From an uncultured Deferribacteres bacterium (GTDB taxonomy: Bacteria > Zhuqueibacterota > Zhuqueibacteria > Zhuqueibacterales > Geothermadaptataceae): a DNA stretch of 23,621 nucleotides. The stretch covers positions 1 to 23,621 of the forward strand of contig CAXHAT010000128.1 of assembly GCA_964014485.1 (NCBI GenBank), in the 5' to 3' direction. Below the pieces are notes generated by a model, which was not told the DNA's origin, searched no databases, and saw only the letters and a program-made list of their open reading frames with translations. The position numbers were made by a program, and so were the translations under genes. Positions within the stretch are counted from its first letter, which is position 1. Each line of letters opens with the position of its first letter. Shown piece after piece: positions 1 through 8,318 of this stretch.

Positions 1-1
1 C

Positions 2-208
2 AAGGGATCATGTTTGATCGCTACCAACAGGCCGATTGAAGATTGGGGTAAACTGCTAGGCGACACTGCCGCGACTTCGGCAATCCTTGATCGGCTTCTG
101 GAAGACGCCTTCCTTCTAAAAATCACCGGCAGAAGCTATCGATTGAGAACCATGACGCAAAAAAATGAAAATCAAAAAGCTGTTGCCAAAAAACAGGGAA
201 AAAGCTAA
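2..208 (+). CDS. istB: IS21-family helper ATPase IstB, C-terminal part (5'-truncated by the window edge)
   Basis: The frame is open from nt 2: KGSCLIATNRPIEDWGKLLGDTAATSAILDRLLEDAFLLKITGRSYRLR. This matches the IstB C-terminal signature TN..W...G D...A.A.LDRL......I.G.SYR. Confidence 0.92.
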   Translation, partial: KGSCLIATNRPIEDWGKLLGDTAATSAILDRLLEDAFLLKITGRSYRLRTMTQKNENQKAVAKKQGKS

Positions 209-214
209 AATTAA

Positions 215-288
215 CCGCTTCTGAAGTGGCCGCTTTTGAAGCAATCTAAAGTGCCCATTAATGGCCGGTTTTAAAGTGCCCCCCGACA
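215..288. repeat. IS21 terminal inverted repeat with reiterated transposase-binding motifs
   Basis: CCGCTTCTGAAGTGGCC (215-231), CCGCTTTTGAAG (230-241), TCTAAAGTGCCC (245-256), CCGGTTTTAAAGTGCCC (265-281), then CCCGACA. Confidence 0.8.
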
Positions 289-486
289 GTCTCTGATCCT
301 GAGATTCGCCGCTTGCGAACCTTGCACGTCCGGCGCGACCATCAAAAATTGTTCTTTTTAGCAAAGGAGGTTATCAAAGGCGTCTCAGCGGAAGTATTTG
401 CGCCCAATCGGTCCAGGCATTGTCGCGGTTGTGAATATCGTCTGCAGTGTTGGATGTGGTATGGTGAGTTTCCGCGAGACGCATAA
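289..486 (+). pseudogene. 3' remnant of a PD-(D/E)XK (Cas4/RecB/AddB-like) nuclease gene interrupted by the IS21 element
   Basis: Reading from the first base after the IS end gives VSDPEIRRLRTLHVRRDHQKLFFLAKEVIKGVSAEVFAPNRSRHCRGCEYRLQCWMWYGEFPRDA* (TAA 484-486). There is no start codon. The F.PN....CxxC.Y...C..W tail is the C-terminal Fe-S cysteine motif of PDDEXK_1/Cas4-like nucleases. It is absent from the supplied ORF track. Confidence 0.72.
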
Positions 487-530
487 AAACAAAAGGGAGT
501 TTCTCGAAATGAGAGCTCCCTGCTTTTTAT
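485..530. terminator. Probable bidirectional intrinsic terminator
   Basis: AAAAACAAA-AGGGAGTTTCTC-GAAAT-GAGAGCTCCCT-GCTTTTTAT: a GC-rich stem (494-521) flanked by A and T tracts. It sits directly after the nuclease-remnant stop and between convergent genes. Confidence 0.7.
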
Positions 531-720
531 ATTCTGTTCCGTTTCGAAATGTGGCCAAACCAGTACGAAATGTAACAGACATCTCCCCTTAGCAGGATGT
601 CAAAGGATGAGAGATATCTCTAATGCTATAGTCATTCCTGATTCGGCGTGTGTTTGGAGATACACATGCAATACCAATTAATTGTATGCAACATAAATAA
701 TTTTGGAGTTATACTCAGAA

Positions 721-3700
721 CTATTGCACCAACAGCATCTTGCGCGTTTGGATGAAATCCCCCGCCTTGATTCGATAGAAATAAAGACCGCTCGCCACGA
801 TATTTCCCTGCCGATTGCGCCCGTCCCAGACGGCGGCGTGGTAGCCTGCTTGTTTTTGTTCATCACTCACCAACTCGGCAATTTCCTCGCCGAGAATGTT
901 GTAGATTTTGAGCGTGACTTTCTCCGCGCGCGGCAGACCGTAGCGGATGGTTGTGGACGGATTGAAGGGGTTGGGGAAGTTTTGTGATAATTCAAAAGTT
1001 TGCGGAATCTCCTGATACGTCGCCACTTGCTCCTCGACAAAACTCTGCTTGCCAACCACCAATTTTAGCGCTCGCGGCGACTCCGGCCCGCGACCGGCGA
1101 GGCTGTATTGATTGCGCTCGCGCAGATTGCGCGCAACTCCCGCCGCTTCATCTACTAGCCAGACTTGAAACTCGACGGGCACGCTTTCCATGTTCTTGAA
1201 AGTGAGCAAAACCTTATCGGTTGAGCTTGTTCTCACTTCGAAATCCCAGATTTCGCCTTCCGTTGGCTCGGGGCGAAAATCGCGACAGTAGCTTTTTAGC
1301 GGCTTTTGCCACTCCGGGTGCGGAAAGTAGACGGAGATAAAGTCGCCAATGACCGGCGGCTCGGATTTATCCATGAAATCCCACTCGACGGCAGCGTTGC
1401 GGGCGACGCCGGCGATGTTATCTCTATCGCTTGCGCGGCCGTTTTCGGCATGGATGCGGATGGCCCACGTTGCCGCAGTCGTTGATTTGTGTGGGCTATT
1501 GGTTTTGGCAAGTGAGTTTGGCGTACGCGAGAGATCCGGATCGACCAGCAAGGTGTCCCACATCGTTTGATTGTTGGCAATGGCGTAGCCCGAAAAAGAT
1601 TCGATGGACTCGACCTGGATGCTGTCCGGATCGTTCCAGGCGCCGTCGTAAGCGCGCAACTCAACCGCCTCGCCGCTTTTGCGCGAGAGATGCGAGATAG
1701 GAATGAGAAAATCAAACGGATTGCCGATAAAATTCCAGCCCGGATGCAAAGGAATTTGGAATGGCCCTGAGGTAACATTGGTTTTTCCCGCTCCTGTTCT
1801 CACTACTTTGCCAGCATCCACGACATTGAGCCAAAAAGCCTTACCCGGTGCGAATCCAGAAGTATTCGGATACTCGACGTAGTTTTGGTCGGGATCAAGC
1901 TCAAAAAAACGCCAGTGTGTACTGCCATACTCTCCTAGATCGTCGATCAAGACAGATTCCGGGGCATTGTTTTCCAATTCAAACGGAACGGAAAAAAGAC
2001 GATACCCTGATTCTAGGAAATTGCCGGAAGAAAGAGCCGGGCTGGAAACACCTGGATTCTCAAACGCAACTTGTATTGAAAATTCATCTAAAACAGGTTC
2101 GCGGGTTGCTCCGCCCGCGTTGTCTGTTGCCGTCAAATAATATTCAAGACCACGAGTGGAAATGTCTTCCGAGGGTATCGTTCCGACATAAACCGTTTCT
2201 TCCAAACGCATGACCGCTTGGGTAAAATTGTTCTTGCCTGCTTCGCGGTACAACAAAAACGTGCTTACAATACCATCATCGTCCGTAATGCGTGCGGTGA
2301 TTTCCAGATCCTGGTTTAGGGGTGATGACTCTGCCTGGAACGCCTGGATTTCGGGTCGACGGAATTCGGCCTGAACGAAAACACTAAATTGATCTTTGGT
2401 TATCCCTCCGAAACCGTCGTCTGCTGTAACGGTAATATCGGTTTGGCCTTCAGAGCGGGAAGTCACTTGTAATGTCTTACCACTTATTTGAACAATCGCA
2501 ATAGTTGTATCCAAACTGGAAGCTCTATAGCTTAAGTTATCGTTGTCCGGGTCTAGAAATACGGTGGGGCTTTGCTCTAAATCTCGTTGAAAAACGTCTC
2601 CGTTTCTACCTAGTCGAAGACCCGGAAGTGAATTGGCTAATGCTGGTCGGTTATTGTTTCCTTTTTCAGCGATAGTCAAAAATTGATCTGGCTCCAAATT
2701 CGTAGCAATCTGCTTTATCACGGAGGTCCATTCGATTTTTATAGAGTCGACAATTGACGAGATCCAGATTCCTAACTCGACATTAAGGCTGTTTTGACTA
2801 GCTAAGCCTGTTTGCCCTGAAATTTCTTGCATTTGCCAGACTGGCTTTCCATTGATATTCGCTCTAATACGAATTTTTGTGCCAATTGCCGATGAGTTTG
2901 AAATTCTGCCTTTTGCTCGAATGTTAATCCAATTGTTGTTGGTTTCGAGGTTTTGATACAGTAAGTTGTTATTTCCGAAAATTGTTACAAACAAATCTAG
3001 ATCACCGTCATTATCATAATCGCCCCAACTGGCGCCTCTTGAATCTGTATTATCGACAACAATTACACTACCAGAGATTTTTTGAAAGTTTCCATTGCCG
3101 TTATTTTTGTATAGAAAATTTTCGGAGTCATTGTTTGAAACAAACAAATCTAACAGACCATCATTGTCATAATCTCCCCAACAACTGCTTTGAGAATTAT
3201 GCCCATCTGAAACAATTGCGCCAGTCGTTACTTTTAGAAAGCTTCCGTTACCGATATTTTCATATAAAAAGTTACTCTCTCCTGAGCCGTTAGCGACAAA
3301 TAAATCCAGATCGCCGTCATTGTCATAATCACCCCAACTACTACTTTGAGAATCACCGTTATCAGATACAATTACATCCGCCGTTAATTTTTGAAAGCCG
3401 CTTTCCGTATTTTCATATAGAAAGTTATTCTCTCCAGAAGCATTGGCTACAAATAAATCCAGATCACCGTCATTATCAAAATCGCCCCAACTACCACATT
3501 GAGAGTCACCGTTGTCAGATACAACTACACTCGTCGTTACTTTTTGGAAGCCACTTTCGGTATTCTCATACAAAAAGTTGTTGTTTTCGGGAGCATTGGC
3601 GACGAACAAGTCCAGATCGCCGTCATTATCATAATCGCCCCAACTGCCGCTACGAGAAATTCCACCATCACTTGTTATAGGACCAGCGGAAATTTTTCTA

Positions 3701-6700
3701 AAGCCGTCTTGACTGTCGTTCCTGAACAAAAAGTTGTTTTCGACATCGTTCGCTACAAATAAGTCCAAATCACCATCGTTGTCATAATCTCCCCAACTGC
3801 CGCTTCTAGAAGCGCCTCCACCTGAAAATATTGCTCCTGAGGAAATGAGGCTAAAATCACCCACGTCTGTGTTCATGTAAAGAAAATCACTTTCGCCATA
3901 ATTTGCTACAAACAAATCTAAATCCCCATCGTTATCAAAATCGCCCCAGCTACTACCCATCGATCTTCCGCCACTATTACCGATTGTATCTGCCGTAATG
4001 CGAATAAAAGAGGAAGTTGCGAAAGTGCCATCTAATCCATAAGAAGTACCGCTATCATTTGAAGCTATTATACGGTAATGATATCTGGTGTCAGGGGTTA
4101 AGCTATTCAGAACAGCGCTAACCGAAGAATTGCCAGCGCCATTTATCGGGTTAAATGTAGACGAAATAGTATGGCCATAATCGGTTGTTTCGCCCCACTC
4201 AAAGATAGCTGATGTTATTTGACCATTCGGATTGACTGTGCCACGAAGAGTCGCACTTGTTACTGAAACCAGTGCTGGGTTTGTTATAACAATTGGAGCT
4301 TGAGGTTTTTCTGTTAACGTCAAGAATTGATCTACGTGTGTATTCTCAATATACTGAATTATTCCGCTAGGCCATTCAACTTTGAGCGAGTCTATCGTCT
4401 TTGCATCGCCTAAACCAAACTCGGCGTTTAAGCTGTTTTGACTAGCGAATCCTGTCTGACCAGAGATTTCTTGCAACTGCCAAAGTGCTTGCCCGCCAAT
4501 AGTAGCTTTTAGACGTATCTTTGCACCGATAGCTGAAGTATTGGAAAGAGTTCCTACGAGGTATGTATTGATCCAATGATTACTATTGCCTTCATTTCTA
4601 TAAAGCAGAATTTTACCATCGAAGTTGATAACCACCAAGTCTAAATCGCCGTCGTTGTCATAATCACACCAACTCCCGCTTCGAGAATTGAGACTGTCTT
4701 TGACAATTTTGCTCTCTGTGATTTTTTGAAAACCAAGGTCTCTGTCGTTTCTGTACAAAAAGTTACTTCCATTAATATTCGCAACGAAAAGATCCAAATC
4801 GCCATCATTGTCATAGTCGCCCCAACTACTGCCTCTGGAAGAACCTTTGTCATTAACAATGTCACCATCTGTGATTTTATTAAAGGTGCCATCACCATTA
4901 TTCTTATACAAGAAGTTCTTCCTTGTTGAAATGACATTTGTCACAAACAAATCCAAATCGCCGTCATTGTCATAATCGCCCCAACTTCCGCCTTGGGAAC
5001 TCCCCCCATCATTCACTACTGGACCGGTGGTAATTCTGGAAAAGCTGCTGCCACCGTCATTACGGTACAAAAAATTGTTTTCGTCGTCAATATTCGCTAC
5101 GAATAAATCCAAATCACCGTCATTATCATAATCGCTCCAGCTACATCCTATTGAGTTTCTACCATTGGTGGCAATTGGACCATTGGTGAGTTTTTCAAAA
5201 CCATTGTTGTTATCATTGATATAAAGGAAGTTAGGAGAGCCACTGCCCGCGAGGGAAGAGTTCGCTACGAATAAGTCTAAAGACCCATCATTGTTATAAT
5301 CGCCCCAGCTAGTTCCGAATGAATGACCGTTATCGCTGGATATGGAGCTATCGAGCACTTTTGTAAAACTCATGGCCCCATCGTTACGATACAAATAGTT
5401 CTCCCCATCATTTAAAAGCAAAGCATTTGCCACAAATAAATCTAGGTCTCCATCATTGTCAAAGTCGCCCCAACTACTTCCTATTGAATAAGCAAGATCG
5501 GAAGTAAGCGCACCCAAAAATATTCTACTAAAACGACCATCGGCGAGGTTTTCATACAAGTAGTTTGTTCCACCAAAAACGGTCACAAATAAATCGTTAT
5601 CGTTATCGTTATCAAAATCTCCCCAACTTGCGCCTTCCAAAAATCTGTCTTCCTGGATAGTGGCATCCAAAACGATACATGTGAAATGGGTTAAAGCTAA
5701 AGTCAAAAATGTCTTACCAGTACCTCGTGTTGTATCCACTCCATTTGTTGCAACAACGCGGTAGTAGTATTTAGTTGCGGGATTCAGATCATTTAAAACA
5801 GCGCTAATTAAAGTTGTGTTTGTCCCGCTTAGAGGATTTTCGACTGCAAAAACCTTGCTTCCATAGTTCATTGTCTCGCCATATTCAAAATATACTTCTG
5901 TAGCAAAGCCATTTGGGTTAACGGTACCGAGGAGTTGAGCAGAAGATGAAGTAATTTCTACTGCGTTGCCTGTCTCCACTTCAGGCGTACTTGGTCTTGG
6001 TTCTTTAATAGTTATAAATTGATCTGTTATGACATTTGTAGTATCCCAAACAATGCCGCTTGGCCATTCGATTTTTATCGAATCAATCATAGTCGCATCG
6101 GCTAAACCAAATTCGACATTCAGGCTGTTGTGACCGCCAAAGCCTGTTTGCCCAGAAATCTCTCGCGATTGCCACATTGAAGTTTGCAAACCTCGTTGCT
6201 CAACCTTGATTCTTACTTTTGTTCCTATAGCAGACCTGTTTGAAACCGAACCCAAACAAAGGATATTGATCCAATGACCACCATTGTTGTTGTTTTGGTA
6301 TAAAAAATTATTATCTCCTAATGTCGCAACGAACAGATCAATATCGCCATCATTGTCATAATCGCCCCAACTACAGCCCCAGGAGTTCCCGCCATCATTG
6401 ACAATTTCGCCGGATATGATTTTAGTAAAAGCACCTCTGCCATTGTTCTCATATAAGAAGTTGTTGCCGTTAAAAACATTTGTGACAAACATATCTAAAT
6501 CGCCGTCGTTGTCATAATCCCCCCAAGCGCTACCGTTCGAATTTCCTATATCAGTTACAATTGGATTACTGGCGATTTTGGCAAAGCCACTCATTCCATT
6601 ATTTTTGTACAAAAAATTATTTTGACCGAGGTTGTTCGTTACGAATAAATCGATGTCATTATCGTTATCGTAATCTCCCCAACTGCCACTACTTGAAGCA

Positions 6701-7515
6701 CTAATATCGGTGACAATCTCACCGGTAGTGATTTTGGTAAATTCGCCGTTACCATTATTCTCATATAAAAAATTGCTCTCGGTAAAAAAGTTTGCTACAA
6801 ATAAATCCATATCACCATCATTGTCATAATCACTCCAACTACAGGCTCCTGAGTTTCCGGCATCATTGACAATTTCGCCGGTCACGATTTTTGTAAAGGC
6901 GCCATCGCCAGTGTTCTCATACAAGAAATTATTTTGATTTTCGTTACTGACAAATAAATCCAGATCGCCGTCATTGTCGAAGTCGACCCAACTGCAACTC
7001 CAGGATTTTCCACCATCATTAACAACAACCCCTGTTGTGATTTTGGTGAAGTTGCTGTCACCGTTATTCTCATACAAAAAATTGTCTTGGTTGGAGCCGT
7101 TTGCTACAAACAAATCTAAATCGCCGTCGTTGTCATAGTCCCCCCAACTACTACTGTGAGACTGCCCTCCATCATAGACGATATCGCCGATAATGATTTT
7201 AGTAAAATGCCCATCGCTGTCATTTCGATACAAAAAGTTGTCTTCACCTCTGTTATTCGTCCCTGTGCTGTCAGGCGAGATTGTGTTCACTACAAACAAA
7301 TCCAGATCGCCGTCATTATCGTAATCACCCCAACTCGCCCCTATCGAGTATCCTTCGTCATTGACAATAGCGCCAGTAGTGATTTTGGTGAATTGTTGTG
7401 CATAAAGATCATGAAGCCTAGGGAGGAAACAAAAAAGCAACAGTATAGCAAAAATGCTCCTGTTAATAACGGCAATCAATACAGTTGTAGATGAAGTTTG
7501 TTGTTTAGTTTGCAT
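721..7515 (-). CDS. Large secreted protein: 3x (FG-GAP/VCBS beta-propeller + ASPIC/UnbV, CRTAC1-like) separated by FN3-like domains, then Ig-like domains and a C-terminal FlgD-Ig/T9SS-type sorting domain
   Basis: 2264-aa ORF with a hydrophobic N-terminal signal and about 20 'SWGDYDNDGDLDLFV.N....N.LY.N' blades. Three 'N.W.......G..SN.SAIG.K.R...SGQTG...NSLN.EFGL...EWPSG' ASPIC/UnbV domains end near nt 6000, 4305 and 2660. Two 'SA.L.GTVNPNG..T...FE.GET..YG' domains lie between them. The C-terminus is 'FELSQNFPNPFNPSTTIRYGLP...IYNILGE...WDGRN..G..VASGLYFYRI...KMLLVQ'. Confidence 0.92.
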   Translation of the reverse strand: MQTKQQTSSTTVLIAVINRSIFAILLLFCFLPRLHDLYAQQFTKITTGAIVNDEGYSIGASWGDYDNDGDLDLFVVNTISPDSTGTNNRGEDNFLYRNDSDGHFTKIIIGDIVYDGGQSHSSSWGDYDNDGDLDLFVANGSNQDNFLYENNGDSNFTKITTGVVVNDGGKSWSCSWVDFDNDGDLDLFVSNENQNNFLYENTGDGAFTKIVTGEIVNDAGNSGACSWSDYDNDGDMDLFVANFFTESNFLYENNGNGEFTKITTGEIVTDISASSSGSWGDYDNDNDIDLFVTNNLGQNNFLYKNNGMSGFAKIASNPIVTDIGNSNGSAWGDYDNDGDLDMFVTNVFNGNNFLYENNGRGAFTKIISGEIVNDGGNSWGCSWGDYDNDGDIDLFVATLGDNNFLYQNNNNGGHWINILCLGSVSNRSAIGTKVRIKVEQRGLQTSMWQSREISGQTGFGGHNSLNVEFGLADATMIDSIKIEWPSGIVWDTTNVITDQFITIKEPRPSTPEVETGNAVEITSSSAQLLGTVNPNGFATEVYFEYGETMNYGSKVFAVENPLSGTNTTLISAVLNDLNPATKYYYRVVATNGVDTTRGTGKTFLTLALTHFTCIVLDATIQEDRFLEGASWGDFDNDNDNDLFVTVFGGTNYLYENLADGRFSRIFLGALTSDLAYSIGSSWGDFDNDGDLDLFVANALLLNDGENYLYRNDGAMSFTKVLDSSISSDNGHSFGTSWGDYNNDGSLDLFVANSSLAGSGSPNFLYINDNNNGFEKLTNGPIATNGRNSIGCSWSDYDNDGDLDLFVANIDDENNFLYRNDGGSSFSRITTGPVVNDGGSSQGGSWGDYDNDGDLDLFVTNVISTRKNFLYKNNGDGTFNKITDGDIVNDKGSSRGSSWGDYDNDGDLDLFVANINGSNFLYRNDRDLGFQKITESKIVKDSLNSRSGSWCDYDNDGDLDLVVINFDGKILLYRNEGNSNHWINTYLVGTLSNTSAIGAKIRLKATIGGQALWQLQEISGQTGFASQNSLNAEFGLGDAKTIDSLKVEWPSGIIQYIENTHVDQFLTLTEKPQAPIVITNPALVSVTSATLRGTVNPNGQITSAIFEWGETTDYGHTISSTFNPINGAGNSSVSAVLNSLTPDTRYHYRIIASNDSGTSYGLDGTFATSSFIRITADTIGNSGGRSMGSSWGDFDNDGDLDLFVANYGESDFLYMNTDVGDFSLISSGAIFSGGGASRSGSWGDYDNDGDLDLFVANDVENNFLFRNDSQDGFRKISAGPITSDGGISRSGSWGDYDNDGDLDLFVANAPENNNFLYENTESGFQKVTTSVVVSDNGDSQCGSWGDFDNDGDLDLFVANASGENNFLYENTESGFQKLTADVIVSDNGDSQSSSWGDYDNDGDLDLFVANGSGESNFLYENIGNGSFLKVTTGAIVSDGHNSQSSCWGDYDNDGLLDLFVSNNDSENFLYKNNGNGNFQKISGSVIVVDNTDSRGASWGDYDNDGDLDLFVTIFGNNNLLYQNLETNNNWINIRAKGRISNSSAIGTKIRIRANINGKPVWQMQEISGQTGLASQNSLNVELGIWISSIVDSIKIEWTSVIKQIATNLEPDQFLTIAEKGNNNRPALANSLPGLRLGRNGDVFQRDLEQSPTVFLDPDNDNLSYRASSLDTTIAIVQISGKTLQVTSRSEGQTDITVTADDGFGGITKDQFSVFVQAEFRRPEIQAFQAESSPLNQDLEITARITDDDGIVSTFLLYREAGKNNFTQAVMRLEETVYVGTIPSEDISTRGLEYYLTATDNAGGATREPVLDEFSIQVAFENPGVSSPALSSGNFLESGYRLFSVPFELENNAPESVLIDDLGEYGSTHWRFFELDPDQNYVEYPNTSGFAPGKAFWLNVVDAGKVVRTGAGKTNVTSGPFQIPLHPGWNFIGNPFDFLIPISHLSRKSGEAVELRAYDGAWNDPDSIQVESIESFSGYAIANNQTMWDTLLVDPDLSRTPNSLAKTNSPHKSTTAATWAIRIHAENGRASDRDNIAGVARNAAVEWDFMDKSEPPVIGDFISVYFPHPEWQKPLKSYCRDFRPEPTEGEIWDFEVRTSSTDKVLLTFKNMESVPVEFQVWLVDEAAGVARNLRERNQYSLAGRGPESPRALKLVVGKQSFVEEQVATYQEIPQTFELSQNFPNPFNPSTTIRYGLPRAEKVTLKIYNILGEEIAELVSDEQKQAGYHAAVWDGRNRQGNIVASGLYFYRIKAGDFIQTRKMLLVQ

Positions 7516-7539
7516 ACGAGTATATCCCCAATGAAATGT

Positions 7540-8313
7540 TTATTGCTGATCTGGCAAAGCCGGCGGTGCCGGTATTTGTCGTTCTTGTTTTATGCCAAGA
7601 AAATATGCGGTTATCCCCGCCGCTGAGACAAGGCCTCCGCCAATGATGAGCCGCCATTTCTTTTGACCGGATTTTTTCCCCAACTGTGGTCTCAGTTCAT
7701 CGAGCATTTGTGCAAAAGCGGGCGAGTCATCCGGGTTGGCGGCATAGGCCGGATTCAATCGTAGAATTTCCTGCACCGCCGTCTTGGCCAGATTGGGATA
7801 GTCGTTCCGAATATAGGCCAGGCTAACCAGTCGGTAAACCTGTATGGCCTGAGCGTCATCGTCAAAGTCTCCGGCAAGGCAAGGCTTCATGCGCTCAATA
7901 ACCCTATCAAAGCGGCCAAACTCGTAGTCTTGCTGCGCCCTTGCCAGGGCTTCGGCGCAAGCGTTCTGTGTTTGAGAAAACCCGGGCGTCAAGCCGGTAA
8001 AATGAAACAGCAGCAGCAATCCGGCGAGTCGCAGGCGCGCTTTGGCAGTGGGGCAAAGATTCGCCCGAAAAGGTGTTTTGAAACGAGCCGCCAATACCAG
8101 CAAGGTCATACCCGGCCCCGCCTGCGCGAGGCTAAACTCCGGCGAGTATCCAAATTCTTTGGGTGTTCGGCGAGACTGGATGCCCGCCTGCGCGGGCATG
8201 ACACCGTCGGTTACGCTCAAATTTTCGCCAGAACCATTTTTAAGCGTTTTGTTACGGATGTTTTTTGCTATCATTTTAGAATCGTTCATCGTCGAAGCCA
8301 TACCGCTTAGCAT
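7540..8313 (-). CDS. Exported TPR-like helical protein with C-terminal membrane anchor and Pro-rich tail (start codon uncertain)
   Basis: Signal-like 'RLRLAGLLLLFHFTGLTPGFSQ', TPR-like helices 'CAEALARAQQDYEFGRFDRVIERMKPCL...YRLVSLAYIRNDYPNLAKTAVQEILRLNPAY', then 'KKWRLIIGGGLVSAAGITAYFL' and 'IPAPPALP'. The 5' part of the ORF contains a palindromic element, so the true start may be further downstream (e.g. ATG at 8109). Confidence 0.75.
   Translation of the reverse strand: MLSGMASTMNDSKMIAKNIRNKTLKNGSGENLSVTDGVMPAQAGIQSRRTPKEFGYSPEFSLAQAGPGMTLLVLAARFKTPFRANLCPTAKARLRLAGLLLLFHFTGLTPGFSQTQNACAEALARAQQDYEFGRFDRVIERMKPCLAGDFDDDAQAIQVYRLVSLAYIRNDYPNLAKTAVQEILRLNPAYAANPDDSPAFAQMLDELRPQLGKKSGQKKWRLIIGGGLVSAAGITAYFLGIKQERQIPAPPALPDQQ
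8105..8202. repeat. GTCAT...ATGAC palindromic element (REP/RPE-like MITE)
   Basis: Ends are GTCATACCCGG...GAGTATCC and GGATGCCCGCCTGCGCGGGCATGAC, and CCCGCCTGCGCG occurs in both arms. It translates to the hallmark peptides VMPAQAGIQ (minus strand) and LDARLRGHD (plus strand). Confidence 0.85.
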
Positions 8314-8318
8314 AATTT

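Larger units (their letters stand above)
1..288 (+). mobile_element. Right end of an IS21-family insertion sequence (left part outside the window)
   Basis: The istB 3' end is followed by reiterated sub-terminal motifs and a terminus ...CCGGTTTTAAAGTGCCCCCCGACA ending in CA at 288 (reverse complement TGTCGGGGGGCACTTTAAAACCGGCCA). TG...CA ends and multiple internal repeats are characteristic of IS21. Confidence 0.85.

Noticed and set aside
289..486. Cas4-like remnant as evidence of a CRISPR-Cas locus
   Set aside because: No cas1/cas2 or array is present in the window, and solo PD-(D/E)XK nucleases share this motif.
116..592. Short track ORFs 116-364(-), 385-582(-) and 398-592(+)
   Set aside because: They cross the IS end, the nuclease remnant or the terminator and show no recognisable motifs.
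648..690. Imperfect inverted repeats (TGTGT...ACACA; TGCAATACCAATT/AATTGTATGCA) downstream of the giant gene
   Set aside because: They are short, AT-rich and bulged; there is not enough to call a terminator, operator or att site.
2960..7340. Recurrent TCGCCGTCATTGTCATAATCGCCCCAACT-like motif as a CRISPR or non-coding repeat
   Set aside because: It encodes the WGDYDNDGD FG-GAP motif and varies at synonymous positions.
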